DNA from: Hydrogenophilales bacterium
GTDB taxonomy: Bacteria > Pseudomonadota > Gammaproteobacteria > Burkholderiales > Eutrophovitaceae
Direction of reading: 5' to 3'
Assembly (NCBI GenBank): GCA_902627495.1
Contig: CACOJS010000001.1
Location: 6,229-70,228, forward strand
DNA length: 64,000 nucleotides
In this document: positions 29,190 through 38,857 of the stretch, one piece after another
How the letters are laid out: each line of letters begins with the position of its first letter
How positions within the stretch are numbered: position 1 is the stretch's first letter
Notes under the pieces: model-generated
Told to the model about the DNA's origin: nothing
Databases searched by the model: none
What the model saw: only the letters and a program-made list of their open reading frames with translations
Position numbers and translations under genes: made by a program

Positions 29190-29882
29190 CTAATTTTCTG
29201 CTGTACTTAATGAATACCCGGCACCTCGCACGGTTTTGATGATTTTCTTAAGTCCGGCTGGTTCCAGTGCTCGTCGTAATCTCCTGATATGCACATCGAT
29301 AGTTCTTTCTTCTAGAAACATATGATCCCCCCAAACGTCGTTTAGCAGCTGCACTCTACTATATACCCTGTCCGGGTGCGTCATCAAAAAGTGGAGTAGC
29401 TTAAATTCTGTTGGCCCAAGGTTTAATATAATGTCATTGCCCAATACCCTTCTGTTAACAGGATCTAACTTTAAGCCAGAAATTTCGCATATCTCATCTA
29501 TGGAGTCTGGGGAAGTGCGCCTCAATATGTTTTTTATTCTTATAATCAGTTCTTTTGGAGAGAATGGTTTGGTAACATAATCATCCACGCCTACACCGAG
29601 TCCCTCAAGTTTGGCTGGTTCATCTGTTTTAGCAGTGAGAAATACTACGGGTATTCTCTTGGTTCGTTCCTTGCTCTTTAATTGCCTCACTAAGTCTATA
29701 CCACTCATCACGGGAAGCATCCAGTCGACGATAAGTAGGTCAGGTAGCTGGTCGGCGACTTCTTGTAGTGCACCTTCACCCGTAGCGGCAAGGCGAACTT
29801 GATAGCCTGCTTGCTTGAGATTGAGGGATAAGAGTGCTTGTATAGCGATCTCATCTTCTACTACGAGTATATTTCCTAGCAT
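29190..29882 (-). CDS. phoB: Phosphate regulon response regulator (OmpR family)
   Basis: 230 aa. Receiver ILVVEDE...DLLIVDWMLP and winged-helix C-terminus (VRGAGYSL). Confidence 0.9.
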   Translation of the reverse strand: MLGNILVVEDEIAIQALLSLNLKQAGYQVRLAATGEGALQEVADQLPDLLIVDWMLPVMSGIDLVRQLKSKERTKRIPVVFLTAKTDEPAKLEGLGVGVDDYVTKPFSPKELIIRIKNILRRTSPDSIDEICEISGLKLDPVNRRVLGNDIILNLGPTEFKLLHFLMTHPDRVYSRVQLLNDVWGDHMFLEERTIDVHIRRLRRALEPAGLKKIIKTVRGAGYSLSTAEN

Positions 29883-30015
29883 GTGATTTCCCGCTTTTTA
29901 TTTATTTCCATAAAAACGGAAATTATGAGACATTATCTTACTTGTCACAATAGATGAGGTTTTTTCTGACCCCTAAAGTTTAATGATTAATTGGTATAAT
30001 TGGTGAAAGGTTACT

Positions 30016-30378
30016 GTGCTTAGTAATGAAACGGTTGTTGTAGATGAAATTGTTTTCCATGCCAAATCGTCTTTTGTGGATTTCACCTTCCGGGATGGAT
30101 ATCAAACTAGCTTAACTTGTGAGTTTTTGAGAGTATATTCGCCCTCAGCAGAGGTCAGAGGTCACGATCATGGTCAGGAAATTTTACAGGTAGGGAAAAG
30201 AAATGTGTCAATTGATAAATTAGAGCAAATTGGTAATTATGCTGTCAAAATAACATTCACGGATGGGCATAATACAGGGCTGTATTCTTGGTCCTATATC
30301 AGACAACTTGGTGAGAATAAAGACCAACTTTGGGATAAATATTTACAGCGATTAAAGGAGAATGGTGAAAAAAGATAA
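30016..30378 (+). CDS. DUF971 (gamma-butyrobetaine-hydroxylase-N-like) protein
   Basis: 120 aa with a GTG start. LRVYSPSAEVRGH...YAVKITFTDGHNTGLYSW is typical of DUF971. Commonly precedes ubiE. TGgTATAAT (29992-30000) lies upstream. Confidence 0.75.
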   Translation: MLSNETVVVDEIVFHAKSSFVDFTFRDGYQTSLTCEFLRVYSPSAEVRGHDHGQEILQVGKRNVSIDKLEQIGNYAVKITFTDGHNTGLYSWSYIRQLGENKDQLWDKYLQRLKENGEKR

Positions 30379-31126
30379 TGAGGAAACACCAGGCAATCTT
30401 GAGAAAGAAAACTTTGGGTTTGAGAAAGTATCTAAGGAGGAAAAAACACGTAAGGTTCAAGACGTATTCTCCTCTGTAGCTATGAAGTATGACGTTATGA
30501 ATGATTTTATGTCATTGGGTTTACACCGTTTATGGAAGAGGTTTGCTATAAAGTTGTGTCAATTGGAGCCAAATAATTATGTTTTAGATTTGGCTGGAGG
30601 AACAGGTGATTTAACCAAATTGATTGCAAAAAAAATCGGAAGTAAAAATGTAATAATAGCTGATGCCAATAATAATATGTTGACGCAGGGGATAGATCGA
30701 CTTTTTGATTATGGGTTTAATGTTAAAGGGGTGCAATGTGATGGCGGGGAAATTCCTTTTGCTTCGAATACTTTTGATTGTGTCACGGTAGGATTTGGGA
30801 TCAGAAATATGACAAAAAAAGAACAAGTTCTGACTGAAATAAACCGAGTCCTTAAGTGGGGAGGTAGAGCAGTTATCTTAGAGTTTTCCGAAGTATGGGG
30901 ACCTTTTAAGAAGCTATATGATAATTATTCTTTTAAAGTCTTACCTTTCTTAGGAAGTAAAATTGCTAAAGATGTTTCAAGTTATCAATACCTAGCTGAG
31001 TCTATAGCACTGCATCCATCCCAAGAAGAATTTAAAAAAATTATGGAGCGGGCGGGGTTTTCCCTTGTTGAGTACCATAATTTAACAATGGGAGTAGTGG
31101 CAATCCATAAAGGAATCAAGAGCTAA
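30362..31126 (+). CDS. ubiE: Ubiquinone/menaquinone C-methyltransferase
   Basis: 254 aa. FGFEKVSKEEKTRKVQDVFSSVAMKYDVMND and SAM motif LDLAGGTGD. Confidence 0.95.
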   Translation: MVKKDNEETPGNLEKENFGFEKVSKEEKTRKVQDVFSSVAMKYDVMNDFMSLGLHRLWKRFAIKLCQLEPNNYVLDLAGGTGDLTKLIAKKIGSKNVIIADANNNMLTQGIDRLFDYGFNVKGVQCDGGEIPFASNTFDCVTVGFGIRNMTKKEQVLTEINRVLKWGGRAVILEFSEVWGPFKKLYDNYSFKVLPFLGSKIAKDVSSYQYLAESIALHPSQEEFKKIMERAGFSLVEYHNLTMGVVAIHKGIKS

Positions 31127-31722
31127 TGCACCTCAGTACAAAAATAGTGGTAAAAGTTATTAATCATTTATTGAAAAATGATGAGACAAAAAAAGCTTTG
31201 TTAGCAAGCTTTCACCCAAAAACATTTTGTATAGATGGGTTTTCATTCCGTTGGTTTTTTGCAATTTCCGAAAATGGTTGTCTCGAACCACTTTCTAATA
31301 GTAATAAACCAGACGTTACAATAAAAATTCCTACAAAAACTTTAACTGACCAGGCATTTAATTTTGAGGAAATGAAGAAGGGTATCGAGGTTTCTGGAAA
31401 TGCGGAGTTTGCATCAATTTTATCGAAAACTATATCAGGCTTAACTTGGGATTATGAGGACGATCTTGCCCATATTTTTGGGGATATTTTGGCCAATCAT
31501 ATGAGTAATTTTATCCGCAACTTAAATGAGGTTTTGCAGCAAGGTAGAGACTCACTGGTAGCCAATATATCAGAATATGTAACGGAGGAAAACAAAATTT
31601 TGGCGAGTAAGTCTGATATAGATTTTTATGTTAAGGATGTCGATGATCTTCGGGATTCGGTAGAGCGTTTAAAAAAAAGAGTTGAGTTATACGAGAAGGA
31701 AGTAAAACTTGATATTGATTAA
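31126..31722 (+). CDS. ubiJ: Ubiquinone biosynthesis accessory factor UbiJ (SCP2 domain)
   Basis: 198 aa between ubiE and ubiB. SCP2-like N-terminal region and coiled C-terminus. Called mainly from conserved position. Confidence 0.7.
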   Translation: MHLSTKIVVKVINHLLKNDETKKALLASFHPKTFCIDGFSFRWFFAISENGCLEPLSNSNKPDVTIKIPTKTLTDQAFNFEEMKKGIEVSGNAEFASILSKTISGLTWDYEDDLAHIFGDILANHMSNFIRNLNEVLQQGRDSLVANISEYVTEENKILASKSDIDFYVKDVDDLRDSVERLKKRVELYEKEVKLDID

Positions 31723-31749
31723 TACAAAAGCATTTCCCAAATTAATAAG

Positions 31750-33282
31750 ATGCACTTCTTTCGCCTGATAAAAATTATTTGGACCGTTCTGCGCTTTGGG
31801 TTGGATGAATTTGTCTTTGCGAATAAGCGTCTAGGTTGGATAAGGCTACTATTGAAACCTTTTCGTTTTTGGAGAAGTTTTCAGAATCCTAGAGGGATAC
31901 GGTTAAGGATGGCTTTAGAATCTCTGGGGCCAATTTTTGTAAAGTTTGGACAAGTTATATCAACAAGAAGAGATCTCCTGCCAGAAGATATCGCTAATGA
32001 ACTATCTTTATTACAAGATCAAGTGCCGCCAGTTATGTATAAAGAGATAGAACCTATACTTTTCGAGGCTTACGATGCGGATATCAATAATATCTTCCGA
32101 GTATTTAATCCTTCGGCTGAGGCAAGTGCGTCGGTAGCACAAGTACATTTTGGGGAGTTAATAGATGGTCGCAAAGTAGCAATAAAAATACTGAGACCTG
32201 GAATCCAAAAAGTTATAAATAAAGATATTCGCCTATTAAATACAGCTGCATGGCTTATTGAAAAAATCTTGCCAGATGGTAAGCGATTGAGACCTCGAGA
32301 AGTTGTGAATGAATTTGAAAGACATCTTTTTGATGAACTTGACCTTCTCAGAGAGGCAGCAAATGCTAGCGAGTTAGGTAGAAATTTCCCTGAATCGAAC
32401 TTACTAGATATTCCAGATGTTTATTGGGATTTTTGTAGAACTCAAGTGATGGTCATGGAAAGGATGGCTGGTACTCCGGTTAGTAAAATATCAGAGCTGA
32501 AAGAAAAAGGTATTGATCTGAAGAAGCTGGCAAGTTCAGGGGTAGAAATTTTTTTTACGCAGGTATTTAGAGATGGTTTTTTCCATGCCGATATGCATCC
32601 TGGAAATATTTTAGTTGGCAGTGACGGAAAATATATTGCATTAGACTTTGGTATAATGGGAACACTGGGCGAGACAGATAAACAGTATCTAGCAAGAAAC
32701 TTTATCGCTTTTTTTCGTAGAGACTATCGAGATGTTGCGCAGGCTCATGTTGATGCAGGATGGGTTCCTGCAGACACTAGGGTTGAAGAATTTGAGAGTG
32801 CTATTAGGGCAGTTTGTGAGCCGATCTTTGATCGTCCGTTAAAAGAAATTTCCTTTGGAAAGTTGTTGTTGAAACTATTTCGAACTGCCCGGCGATTTAA
32901 TGTGGTCATCCAACCGCAACTTGTATTACTTCAGAAAACGCTTTTGAATATAGAGGGGCTTGGGAGAGAATTAGATCCTGATCTGGATTTGTGGAAGACA
33001 GCCAAACCTTTTCTCGAGAGATGGATGTCTCAACAACTCGGTTTTCGTGCCTTGTTATCGAATCTTAGTCGGGAGGCTCCGGGCTGGGGAAGAATTCTGC
33101 CAAAATTGCCAGGCCTTGTTTATTCGGTATTAGAAAGAAACAAAACTGATTTAGATAGTCAGGAAATCAGATCATTGATCACTCAAAAAAGAAGATTGGA
33201 AAAAGCCGTATGGATGTTGTGGGGGGGGATTTTGGCATCTTTAACAATCTCAATATATTTTTATTTTCGAGGGTTTTTATAA
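31750..33282 (+). CDS. ubiB: Ubiquinone biosynthesis regulatory protein kinase UbiB (ABC1/ADCK family)
   Basis: 510 aa. LGPIFVKFGQVISTRRDLLP, ASVAQVH, HADMHPGN. C-terminal TM helices. Confidence 0.95.
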   Translation: MHFFRLIKIIWTVLRFGLDEFVFANKRLGWIRLLLKPFRFWRSFQNPRGIRLRMALESLGPIFVKFGQVISTRRDLLPEDIANELSLLQDQVPPVMYKEIEPILFEAYDADINNIFRVFNPSAEASASVAQVHFGELIDGRKVAIKILRPGIQKVINKDIRLLNTAAWLIEKILPDGKRLRPREVVNEFERHLFDELDLLREAANASELGRNFPESNLLDIPDVYWDFCRTQVMVMERMAGTPVSKISELKEKGIDLKKLASSGVEIFFTQVFRDGFFHADMHPGNILVGSDGKYIALDFGIMGTLGETDKQYLARNFIAFFRRDYRDVAQAHVDAGWVPADTRVEEFESAIRAVCEPIFDRPLKEISFGKLLLKLFRTARRFNVVIQPQLVLLQKTLLNIEGLGRELDPDLDLWKTAKPFLERWMSQQLGFRALLSNLSREAPGWGRILPKLPGLVYSVLERNKTDLDSQEIRSLITQKRRLEKAVWMLWGGILASLTISIYFYFRGFL

Positions 33283-33283
33283 A

Positions 33284-33301
33284 GTTTCATAAAACTGCAA
33301 T
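33284..33301 (+). promoter_or_regulatory. Pho-box-like site (GTTTCAT-AAAA-CTGCAAT) upstream of the porin gene
   Basis: 7-4-7 architecture with 5/7 + 5/7 matches to CTGTCAT-AAAA-CTGTCAT. TATAAT at 33317-33322 lies 15 bp downstream. The porin ATG is at 33414 and phoBR is 3.4 kb away. Confidence 0.4.
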
Positions 33302-33413
33302 AAACATTTGAAATAATATAATGCGTAGGGTCACCAAGCTTGCTAGTAGTGTGGGCTAGCTTCAAGAATTTGTAATCAGTGCCTTAGTCTATTTTTTTCA
33401 ATGGAGATAGAAA

Positions 33414-34703
33414 ATGAAAATACGGCAAACAGTCTTGATATTGCTAAGTGGAATTATAATGTTGCTCTCAGGGTTTTCGGCTCAGGCATTAGCGGGAACT
33501 ACAGACGTGCTTATAGAGCAGTTACGTGCTAAGGAAATACTGACTGAAGAGGAATACCAACGTTTAAAGTCGAAGGAAAAAGAGAAAAAACACCCGTCTA
33601 TAAAAATCGAAGGGAGGATGATGCTTGATTACCGTGATCACTCTCCGGATGCGACCACAGATCTAAAGAGCGACACATCACCGGTATTAGATATTCGTAG
33701 AGCAAGATTAGGTGCCAAGGTTGTACTAGCAAAAAATATTAAAGGGGAAGTCGTACTTGATATAGCGGAAGATGGTGCTGAGCTGGATACTGCATCCATG
33801 GCATATAGATTTCCTAATGGCAACTCTTTAGTTTTCGGAAAGACAAAAGTGGGTTTTTCGCTAGAAGAAATGACTAGTTCTCGTTGGATTGATTTTATTG
33901 AGCGTAGTTTAGCTAACACCTATGGAGGGGTGGGAAAGAACCCACAAGTTGCCTTTAATGGTTCGATTGGGGACATTGGAGGCTTTAATCTAGCCTATGC
34001 TGCTTTTGACACAAAAGATGTAGCAGAGGGGAAACAGCTTGGTCTGCGAGTCACGCTCAACCTGGGAACAAAGAATGAAAGTGTCTATCATTTAGGCGTA
34101 GGGCTGACTCAAGGAGATAGAGCAGAAGGTGAAGTTGACCGAACTTATGCAGCGAGAGGCCAGCAATTTTTTAACACTAGTGCAAATATTGATACCACCT
34201 CCGGTGAATACGGGAACGCTAGGCAGGGTCTTGAGTTCGCCATAGCACTAGGCTCTTTTAAAGCTCAATATGAAAGTATAAAAACCAGTTACACTGGAAT
34301 CGAATCTACCACAAATGCGGGAGTCTTTGATAAAGATATTACAACCAGTTATCTGAATTTAATGTACATGGTAACAGGGGAGAAATATGCAAAGTCGTAT
34401 AAAACCAGTTCCGGTAAATTCGATAAAATCAAGCCTATTAACGGAGATAAGGGTGCTATAGAAATAGGTATTAGATTATCCTCTTTCGATGCAAGTGATT
34501 GGGATACTGGTAATGGGCCAAGAACGTCTACGGGGTATACCTCTGAGGCGGATTCAACAACTTATGGATTGAAGTGGATACCAACTACAAATGTCCGTTT
34601 TATAATTAATTATCAAGTAACAGATTATGAGACAGCAGTTACTACAGTAAATGGTGAGAAAAGAGAGAGAACTTGGTTAACGCGAGCTCAGTTTTCATTC
34701 TAG
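33414..34703 (+). CDS. Phosphate-selective porin O/P family outer-membrane protein
   Basis: 429 aa. Signal peptide (..SAQA), N-terminal LIEQLRAKEILTEEEYQRL helix typical of OprO/OprP, beta-barrel periodicity, C-terminal aromatic residue (..AQFSF). Confidence 0.8.
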   Translation: MKIRQTVLILLSGIIMLLSGFSAQALAGTTDVLIEQLRAKEILTEEEYQRLKSKEKEKKHPSIKIEGRMMLDYRDHSPDATTDLKSDTSPVLDIRRARLGAKVVLAKNIKGEVVLDIAEDGAELDTASMAYRFPNGNSLVFGKTKVGFSLEEMTSSRWIDFIERSLANTYGGVGKNPQVAFNGSIGDIGGFNLAYAAFDTKDVAEGKQLGLRVTLNLGTKNESVYHLGVGLTQGDRAEGEVDRTYAARGQQFFNTSANIDTTSGEYGNARQGLEFAIALGSFKAQYESIKTSYTGIESTTNAGVFDKDITTSYLNLMYMVTGEKYAKSYKTSSGKFDKIKPINGDKGAIEIGIRLSSFDASDWDTGNGPRTSTGYTSEADSTTYGLKWIPTTNVRFIINYQVTDYETAVTTVNGEKRERTWLTRAQFSF

Positions 34704-34738
34704 AGCTTTAACTCACACAAAAACTTTTACTGAGAGTT

Positions 34739-34776
34739 AATGACTAGCCACAAAAAAGCTAGTCATTTCTTTTTTT
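34739..34776 (+). terminator. Rho-independent terminator after the porin gene
   Basis: AATGACTAGC-cacaaaaa-GCTAGTCATT stem-loop (10-bp perfect stem) followed by TCTTTTTTT. Confidence 0.8.
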
Positions 34777-34877
34777 ACGCGGTTCTATGTGATATTGCTT
34801 GCTATTTGAGAACTTTGGCTATCTTAAAGATCAATTTAACAAAATTGAGAAGCTTCAAAAAAAGTAAGCCAAGGCTA

Positions 34878-35831
34878 TTATTTGTAGCACAAGATCATTT
34901 TTTCTATTAAAGAATCGATTTGTTGTTTTGGTAAAACGTTTATCCCAGCAGCCTCTCGGCGACCTCCACCAGTAGGAAATTGTTTGGCAATGAGCGAAGC
35001 TGGTGTATTGTGGTGGAGAGGCTTTCTTATACTAGCTGAAAAATGGTCTTCTTTTTCAAGTAGTATAAGGTAGGCAAACTTTTGGGTACGTTGACTAAGC
35101 CTATTTGCTAGTAATCCAGATATTCTTCTTGCCCATTTTTTGTTTGGCAATCTCTTTATAACTACATTCTGTAATCGTTCTTCGGGTAAATCTAGGCCTT
35201 TTTCAAAATCATCGTTCATTTGATCATGTAGGTCCGAGACTAATTTCTGTTCTGATGCCAAGAATTCAAGAGGTTGGTCATAGCTTTTTATCTGCCGATA
35301 TAGCTCGTCAGGTGCAACATGAAGGTCGTCAATGCTATCCCCGTAAGAGTTATAATTCATTAGCTCTCCTAGTATTTGGAGTGAGGCTAACTGTTGTCTA
35401 GAAAACCCCATTTCGGTACCCAAGGTTGCTGCCTTAGTTGAAAAATTATCACCATAACAGGCTACCAATGCCCATGACCGATACCTTCCATTTAAATATT
35501 TATCAACCATCAAACTAGAACAAACTCCTGCCTTTGATGTTAAATAACATTTTAGGTTCGGGTGATCCGGGACTGTCTCAGAAGAGTGATGGTCAAACCA
35601 CTCAAAAGAAGCTCCCATTTCCAATCCTTTTTTTAATGCATCTTGATTGCTATCAATGCTAATGTCAAAAACGGATATTAAGTCATCTTTTTTGAATTTA
35701 GCTTTATCTAGTAATTTTATATCTCTTTTCACCCCAGTAATTAGGATTCTACTGCAGGGTTTGCTTATCCTTAATTGGTGTAAGGCACAGATTCCATCGG
35801 CATCCCCATTAAATATATCGTACCCAGCCAT
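34878..35831 (-). CDS. DHH/DHHA1-family phosphoesterase of unknown specificity (monocistronic)
   Basis: 317 aa. DHH motifs NGDADG, FDIS, FDHH. C-terminal DHHA1-like TGGGRREAAG. Confidence 0.7.
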   Translation of the reverse strand: MAGYDIFNGDADGICALHQLRISKPCSRILITGVKRDIKLLDKAKFKKDDLISVFDISIDSNQDALKKGLEMGASFEWFDHHSSETVPDHPNLKCYLTSKAGVCSSLMVDKYLNGRYRSWALVACYGDNFSTKAATLGTEMGFSRQQLASLQILGELMNYNSYGDSIDDLHVAPDELYRQIKSYDQPLEFLASEQKLVSDLHDQMNDDFEKGLDLPEERLQNVVIKRLPNKKWARRISGLLANRLSQRTQKFAYLILLEKEDHFSASIRKPLHHNTPASLIAKQFPTGGGRREAAGINVLPKQQIDSLIEKMILCYK

Positions 35832-36164
35832 ACTTAAGATTATCCTTCTTGGATGTATTATGAAAAGAGTTATAATATGTCATTTATTGAAACAACGTTA
35901 AGAGCCTAACAAAGTTAACATGCTTTACTGGCTAAAACTACTATAGGCCCTCTATTAAGAGTCACGTCTGGGTTAATTTATGGTTCATCATGCCCAACTT
36001 TAAATAGTTTTAGCGGTTCATTTTGTTGGGGAGAATTTTTACTAATGTTATTACTGTTTGGGTGGTGTTGCGAAAATAAATTATAGTTGTTTAGTTAAAA
36101 ATGGCAAAAAAAATATACTCAGAAATATCTTTTGTAGATTGGTAGGTTTTAAAGTGAGAAAAAA

Positions 36165-36788
36165 TTGAGTCTACGTCAGGAAAAAAGAGTAGTTGTTGAT
36201 GGTGTGGTTGGCAAGCTGGAGATAAAGATCAATAAGCCGCCACATGTTTATGCTGCTAAAGGGTGTATGGTGGTAGCTCACCCACATCCCATGCACGGTG
36301 GGACAATGGACAATAAGGTAATTCATACCCTAGCACGGGCAAGTTTAGCGGCTGATCATGTCGCATTACGGTTTAATTTTCGCGGGGTAGGTTCCAGTGA
36401 GGGAGTATTCGATAACGGTATTGGTGAAACAGATGATATGGTGAAAGTCGTAGAATACGCCGTTGATACACTTAAATATGAAAATATTGTATTAGCAGGT
36501 TTCTCGTTTGGAGCAGTGGTGGCTGCTCGAGTTGCAATGATTAAGCAGTGTAAAGGATTAATACTAATTGCTCCTGCGGTAGATAAGTATGCTATCGGAG
36601 AAATGAGTGATAACCTTCTAGTGGTCCATGGAGATCAAGATGACTTAGTACCCTTGTCGTCAGTTTTATCTTGGGCAGAACCTCAAAAAATACCGATCAC
36701 TGTTTTCCCTGGCACGGGTCATTTTTTTCATGGAATGTTATTGCCATTGCAAAATCTAGTAAAACGCTCTCTCGTGGCTCTAAAGTGA
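36165..36788 (+). CDS. Small alpha/beta hydrolase (COG2945-like)
   Basis: 207 aa with a TTG start. Nucleophile elbow GFSFGA, HGDQDDLV, GHFFHG. Confidence 0.7.
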   Translation: MSLRQEKRVVVDGVVGKLEIKINKPPHVYAAKGCMVVAHPHPMHGGTMDNKVIHTLARASLAADHVALRFNFRGVGSSEGVFDNGIGETDDMVKVVEYAVDTLKYENIVLAGFSFGAVVAARVAMIKQCKGLILIAPAVDKYAIGEMSDNLLVVHGDQDDLVPLSSVLSWAEPQKIPITVFPGTGHFFHGMLLPLQNLVKRSLVALK

Positions 36789-36813
36789 AAAAACAAATCT
36801 ACGAAAGAAAAAA

Positions 36814-37227
36814 TTGCTCATATTAAAATCTCTTCATATTATTTCAATGGTCGCTTGGTTTGCTGGTTTGTTTTATTTGCCGAGGTTGTTTGTCTACCAC
36901 GCAATGACTGAAGATAAAACTGGACTAGAAAGATTTAAAGTTATGGAGAACAAGTTGTTTTATGGAATTATCGTCCCTAGCTCGGTTGTGACAGTGTTGA
37001 CCGGAATATGGTTGTGGATTGGCTGGGGTTTTTATGGTGGCTGGCTTCATGTCAAAGCATTTTTAGTGCTGCTTCTAATCGGATATCAAGTTTGGTGTTG
37101 GTATTACATGTGGAAATTTAGCCAAGGAAAAAATAGAAACTCCCATGTCTGGTATCGCTGGTTTAATGAAGTCCCGGTTGTTTTTTTGATATTAATAGTT
37201 ATTTTAGTAGAACTGAAGCCATTCTAG
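36814..37227 (+). CDS. hemJ: Protoporphyrinogen IX oxidase HemJ
   Basis: 137 aa with a TTG start. KSLHIISMVAWFAGLFYLPRLFVYH is the hallmark HemJ N-terminus. Four TM helices. Confidence 0.85.
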   Translation: MLILKSLHIISMVAWFAGLFYLPRLFVYHAMTEDKTGLERFKVMENKLFYGIIVPSSVVTVLTGIWLWIGWGFYGGWLHVKAFLVLLLIGYQVWCWYYMWKFSQGKNRNSHVWYRWFNEVPVVFLILIVILVELKPF

Positions 37228-37245
37228 GTAACAATTCATTAAGCT

Positions 37246-37968
37246 ATGTCTACAAAAACTTACATGATAAAAGATAACCTAAATAAGGTCCGTGATCGAG
37301 TTTCGTTGGCTGCTAAGTCCTGCAACAGATTGCCATCTGAAATAACTATATTAGCGGTAAGTAAAGGATTTTCTGCTGATATGATTGTAAATGCTGTTAC
37401 CGATGGACAGACAAAATTTGGCGAAAACTACGTCAAGGAGGCTGTAGAAAAAATACAAATAGTAAATAAAAAACTTATAGAATTAAAAAAAAATATAGTA
37501 GCCGAATGGCATTTTATTGGTCCCATTCAAAGTAATAAAACTAAGCTCATAGCTAGATACTTTGATTGGGTGCATTCGGTCGATAGACCCAAAATAGCGG
37601 AAAAACTATCAGCTTATCGTGAAGATCATCATAGAATTCTAAACGTTTGTATCCAGGTCAATACTAGTGGTGAAAAAACAAAAAAAGGCATTTCACTCAG
37701 AGAAGCACGCGAACTTGCCGAGATGATAAAAAGTTTACCAAACCTTCGTCTTCGCGGGCTGATGAGTATTCCGACTAGGACAGAAGATCATGACGCTGTG
37801 AGGAGAGAGTGTAAGATGCTTTATAATTTGAGAGAAGAATTAAGTGAGCAAGGCTCGGTATTGGATACCCTATCATTAGGGATGAGTTCAGATTTGGAAA
37901 TAGCCATTAGCGAGGGTTCAACAATAATAAGAGTAGGGACGGCAATTTTTGGGCCACGAGCTAGATAA
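37246..37968 (+). CDS. yggS: YggS-family pyridoxal-phosphate homeostasis protein
   Basis: 240 aa. LAVSKG (PLP lysine), WHFIGPIQSNK, LSMGMSSD. Confidence 0.92.
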   Translation: MSTKTYMIKDNLNKVRDRVSLAAKSCNRLPSEITILAVSKGFSADMIVNAVTDGQTKFGENYVKEAVEKIQIVNKKLIELKKNIVAEWHFIGPIQSNKTKLIARYFDWVHSVDRPKIAEKLSAYREDHHRILNVCIQVNTSGEKTKKGISLREARELAEMIKSLPNLRLRGLMSIPTRTEDHDAVRRECKMLYNLREELSEQGSVLDTLSLGMSSDLEIAISEGSTIIRVGTAIFGPRAR

Positions 37969-38035
37969 GCATGGTACATTGTAAAGGCATCTGTAATTGC
38001 TTTAGTCTTTATGTATTGGAGTTAAGAGTCTTTAT

Positions 38036-38842
38036 ATGGACGAACTAAAGATAAATTTTATTGGTGGGGGTAACATGGCAAAATCCCTCATTAAGGGGTT
38101 AACATCTGATGAGCTCTTAAGCACTAGCATAAGTGTTATAGATACTGATATTCTTGCTCGAAAAACTCTTTGCGATATGGGTGTGAATGCCGTTGAGGAT
38201 GCCGGGATGTTAGGAGCTGCGGAAATCATAGTTTTGGCTGTTAAACCTCAAAATATGGAAGAAGCACTCACTGGTGTTAGAGTCGATAACGCTTTGGTTA
38301 TTAGTGTTGCAGCCGGTGTAAAAATAAAAACACTAACACGCTTACTAAAAGGCCATAAGAAAATCATTAGAGCTATGCCCAACTTACCTGCTCTTATTGG
38401 CTCTGGAGTCACAGCTGTATATGCAGAACAGGAAATTACGTCTACGGATAGAAGTCTCGCCGCTATGGTTCTAAAGGGAATAGGTGAAAGTTTTTGGGTT
38501 CTCAAAGAGGATCACATAGATGTTGCTACAGCATTGTCGGGTAGCGGCCCAGCATATGTTTTTTATATCATGGAGGTAATGGAAAAAATAGCTCTAGACA
38601 TGGGTTTGGAAAAAGATACTGCCCGTAATTTGGTAATAGGGACTCTCCGAGGAAGCAGCCAGCTCGCGTCAGTCAGTGAAGATAGCCCGAACACCTTGAG
38701 AAAGAAAGTAACGTCAAAGGCGGGAACAACAGAGAGGGCATTGAATACGCTATCAGCTGGTAGACTAGACGATATTTTTAAAGAAGCAATTACAGCAGCA
38801 TATTTGAGAGCTGTGGAAATAGGTGAAGCAAATGATAAATAA
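38036..38842 (+). CDS. proC: Pyrroline-5-carboxylate reductase
   Basis: 268 aa. FIGGGNMA Rossmann motif, LAVKPQ, VTSKAGTTERAL. Confidence 0.95.
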   Translation: MDELKINFIGGGNMAKSLIKGLTSDELLSTSISVIDTDILARKTLCDMGVNAVEDAGMLGAAEIIVLAVKPQNMEEALTGVRVDNALVISVAAGVKIKTLTRLLKGHKKIIRAMPNLPALIGSGVTAVYAEQEITSTDRSLAAMVLKGIGESFWVLKEDHIDVATALSGSGPAYVFYIMEVMEKIALDMGLEKDTARNLVIGTLRGSSQLASVSEDSPNTLRKKVTSKAGTTERALNTLSAGRLDDIFKEAITAAYLRAVEIGEANDK

Positions 38843-38857
38843 CTTGGGGAGAGAAAA

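Noticed and set aside
29883-30015. Expected Pho box upstream of phoB, in the divergent phoB / DUF971-ubiE region.
   Set aside because: Only a weak TGTCACA half-site (about 29943-29949) occurs, without a properly spaced partner on either strand. No autoregulatory Pho box can be supported by eye.
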